NCBI RefSeq assembly: GCF_051903065.1
Contig: NZ_CP178438.1
From: Escherichia coli
Lineage (GTDB): Bacteria > Pseudomonadota > Gammaproteobacteria > Enterobacterales > Enterobacteriaceae
Length of the DNA: 64,000 nt
Strand: one strand, 5' to 3'
Below, one piece after another: positions 61,858 to 64,000 of the stretch. Every line of letters begins with the position of its first letter. Position 1 is the stretch's first letter. The position numbers and the translations under genes are program-made. A model generated the notes under the pieces. The model was not told where the DNA came from. It ran no database searches and saw only the letters and a program-made list of their open reading frames with translations.

Positions 61858-62652
61858 TTAATGGAAACTGTGTTCTTCGCCCGGATAAACGCCGGACTCC
61901 ACTTCAGCCATATACTGCCGCACAGCCGCGCGGATGTCGCCCGTTTCAGCGAGGAAATTTTTGGCAAATTTAGGGATATGGCCGCCGGTAATGCCGAACG
62001 CATCGTGCATCACGAGGATCTGCCCGTCAGTGACGTTGCCTGCGCCAATGCCAATAACCGGGATCACCAGTGCTTCGGTAATACGTTTTGCCAGTTCAAC
62101 CGGCACGCATTCCAGCACCAGCAACTGTGCACCAGCGGCTTCTAAGGCTAATGCATCGCTAAGCAGTCGATCGCTCGCTTCATCGCCGCGCCCCTGAACT
62201 TTGTAGCCACCGAAAATATTCACTGACTGTGGGGTTAAACCTAAGTGACCACATACAGGAACGGCACGTTCGGTCAGCATTTTTACGGTTTCGACCAGCC
62301 ACTCACCGCCTTCAATTTTGACCATGTTAGCACCGGCACGCATAACCGTTGCGGCGTTTTCAAACGCCTGTTCCGGCGTGGAATAGGCCATAAACGGCAG
62401 GTCAGCCAGCAGCAGGCAGTTTGGCGCACCGCGGCGCACCGCGGCGGTGTGATAGGCGATATCTTCAACGGTAACGGGAAGGGTGGATTCATGCCCCTGC
62501 ACGGTCATCCCCAGCGAATCACCCACCAGCATCACGTTCAGACCTTCGTCAGCAAACAGTTTGGCGAAGCTATAGTCGTAAGCGGTGATGGTGGCGAAGC
62601 GTTTTTTTTCCTGCTTACATTTCTGCAATGAAGCAATAGTGGTCGGTTTCAT
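61858..62652 (-). CDS. panB: 3-methyl-2-oxobutanoate hydroxymethyltransferase PanB
   Basis: 264-aa ORF. Confidence 0.96.
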   Translation of the reverse strand: MKPTTIASLQKCKQEKKRFATITAYDYSFAKLFADEGLNVMLVGDSLGMTVQGHESTLPVTVEDIAYHTAAVRRGAPNCLLLADLPFMAYSTPEQAFENAATVMRAGANMVKIEGGEWLVETVKMLTERAVPVCGHLGLTPQSVNIFGGYKVQGRGDEASDRLLSDALALEAAGAQLLVLECVPVELAKRITEALVIPVIGIGAGNVTDGQILVMHDAFGITGGHIPKFAKNFLAETGDIRAAVRQYMAEVESGVYPGEEHSFH

Positions 62653-62738
62653 AACGTATCCTGATGGCTAAAGTCAGATCGATCGCATTCTAACAGTCGA
62701 AATCAGGCGGGCAATGGTTTTTAGTGTGGGGAAAATGT

Positions 62739-62761
62739 TCGCACCAGAGCAGAACTCTGGT
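62739..62761 (-). terminator. Hairpin downstream of yadC (minus strand)
   Basis: GCACCAGAG-cagaa-CTCTGGTGC perfect inverted repeat 27 nt past the yadC stop. Confidence 0.4.
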
Positions 62762-62787
62762 GCGATGAGGAAGGAATGACGTTTTAC

Positions 62788-63900
62788 TTATTCGTAGGTA
62801 AAGGAGAAGGTCGCGTTACCTGAAAAGGTTCCAACACCGACAGCAGCACCACTGCCATCCGGTACCAGCTGCGCCGTAAAAGGTAAAAGCAGCAGGTTGT
62901 TTGACCAGACGGCGAAGTTATAGTCAACCGTGTTGCTACCATCTGCTTTTAACAATACTTTGCTATTGTCATAAGTTGAATTTACTTTTACAGCCACGCC
63001 TGAAGCCGAGCCAGTCGTTTTACCCACCAGTGTGGCATCGCTGGGTTTATTTGCCGCTTTCAACTTAACCGTAATTTTACTGGCATAACAGTATTCAGCA
63101 CGGATAGAAAAAGGGATTTCCCGCGTAAGCCCATTTTTCACTTCCGAAACATAGCTGTTCCCAAGCGTTACCTGGTTGCCACTGACGTTGCCCTGATCTT
63201 GTGCCAGGGCAACTGTTGCACAGGTCGGTTCGTCAACGTAAAAATGAACGGAGCTTGTATCAACGAAAAAATTTATCCATGGTTGGTCATTATTGCCTAT
63301 ATACCAGGAAGCTATTTTACCTGGCATCGCAGTTCCTTCTGAAACCCCATTTTGAGGTTTAAATTCCGGGGTCCAGTAAAAACGAAATCGTAAATACCAG
63401 CTATCGTCACTATACTCATAGGCCCACTTTGAGCTGGCGTTATCTGTATGATTATCTGCACCACTTTGTGCAGGAAGATACAAATCAAGCTCCTCCGCGG
63501 CTCCACAACTTGTACATACTAATTCTACTGAATAAACAATACCGGGAACGGTTGTTTTCAATAAAGCATTGCCATGGTTGGTAGTATAGGTTGATAAGAG
63601 GCTGGCATCAGCAGTATTAAGAAAATGCACCGAGCTTGTGTTACTACCTAAGGATTTACAACCAATCTTATCGCCCCGAAGATCAATATGAGAATCCCAG
63701 GTCGCGAAGGATATTTCTTCCGGGACTGTGACCATCGCTGACTGTATACTGAAGGGCTTTGGGTTTATCACCATATCATAAGGCCCTTCAGCATTTCTCT
63801 CTATATAACATTCATTCGCCAATGCATACCAGGATGTGGTAAAAAATAGCAGTATCGCACTGCATAACTGAATCAACAGTTTATTGCCTTTCCTTTGCAT
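62788..63900 (-). CDS. yadC: Fimbrial tip adhesin-like protein YadC (chaperone-usher fimbrial subunit family), divergent allele
   Basis: 370-aa ORF with signal peptide and C-terminal pilin-like domain ending ...ATFSFTYE; position between panB and yadK matches yadC; shorter than the 412 aa I recall for K-12. Confidence 0.85.
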   Translation of the reverse strand: MQRKGNKLLIQLCSAILLFFTTSWYALANECYIERNAEGPYDMVINPKPFSIQSAMVTVPEEISFATWDSHIDLRGDKIGCKSLGSNTSSVHFLNTADASLLSTYTTNHGNALLKTTVPGIVYSVELVCTSCGAAEELDLYLPAQSGADNHTDNASSKWAYEYSDDSWYLRFRFYWTPEFKPQNGVSEGTAMPGKIASWYIGNNDQPWINFFVDTSSVHFYVDEPTCATVALAQDQGNVSGNQVTLGNSYVSEVKNGLTREIPFSIRAEYCYASKITVKLKAANKPSDATLVGKTTGSASGVAVKVNSTYDNSKVLLKADGSNTVDYNFAVWSNNLLLLPFTAQLVPDGSGAAVGVGTFSGNATFSFTYE

Positions 63901-63911
63901 AATTATCCTTA

Positions 63912-64000
63912 TTATTCGTAAGATACGTTAACAATAACCTGGCTTCTCACCATTCCCGATTCAGGAGGAAGGGCATTATTCACCCGCTGCATACGGGAAT
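63912..64000 (-). CDS. yadK: 3' end of an upstream fimbrial subunit gene (yadK-like), partial
   Basis: Only one minus-strand frame is open across the last 89 bp, ending ...SQVIVNVSYE-stop 11 nt upstream of the yadC start with GGA ribosome-binding site between; context matches the yad fimbrial operon. Confidence 0.45.
   Translation of the reverse strand, partial: SRMQRVNNALPPESGMVRSQVIVNVSYE

Overview
This window is an Escherichia coli / Shigella-type chromosomal segment running from cra (fruR) through the complete dcw division and cell-wall cluster (mraZ to lpxC), then secM-secA-mutT, yacG-zapD-coaE, guaC, hofC-hofB-ppdD, nadC, ampDE, aroP, pdhR-aceEF-lpd, yacH, acnB, yacL, speED, yacC, cueO, gcd, hpt, can, yadGH, yadI, yadE, panD, rpnC (yadD), panCB, yadC and the 3' end of yadK. 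Gene identities come from reading the six-frame ORF track against protein families I recognise; lengths and order are collinear with the K-12 map as I recall it. About 57 protein-coding genes are intact, and I see no rRNA, tRNA, CRISPR array or prophage. Most of the window is ordinary, well-described core genome, and I found no wholly novel multi-gene system. Four places depart from the K-12 arrangement as I remember it: (1) a complete IS1 with a 9-bp target duplication inserted at the hairpin just 3' of cra; (2) the 3' end of rpnC, where two diverged copies of the Rpn C-terminal tail module sit in tandem, one fused to the nuclease ORF and one as a free-standing 69-codon ORF; (3) a divergent, shorter yadC fimbrial-adhesin allele; (4) an aceF-lpd spacer shorter than I recall for K-12. 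The rpnC tail arrangement is the most interesting item. All comparisons to K-12 are from memory and need an alignment to confirm.
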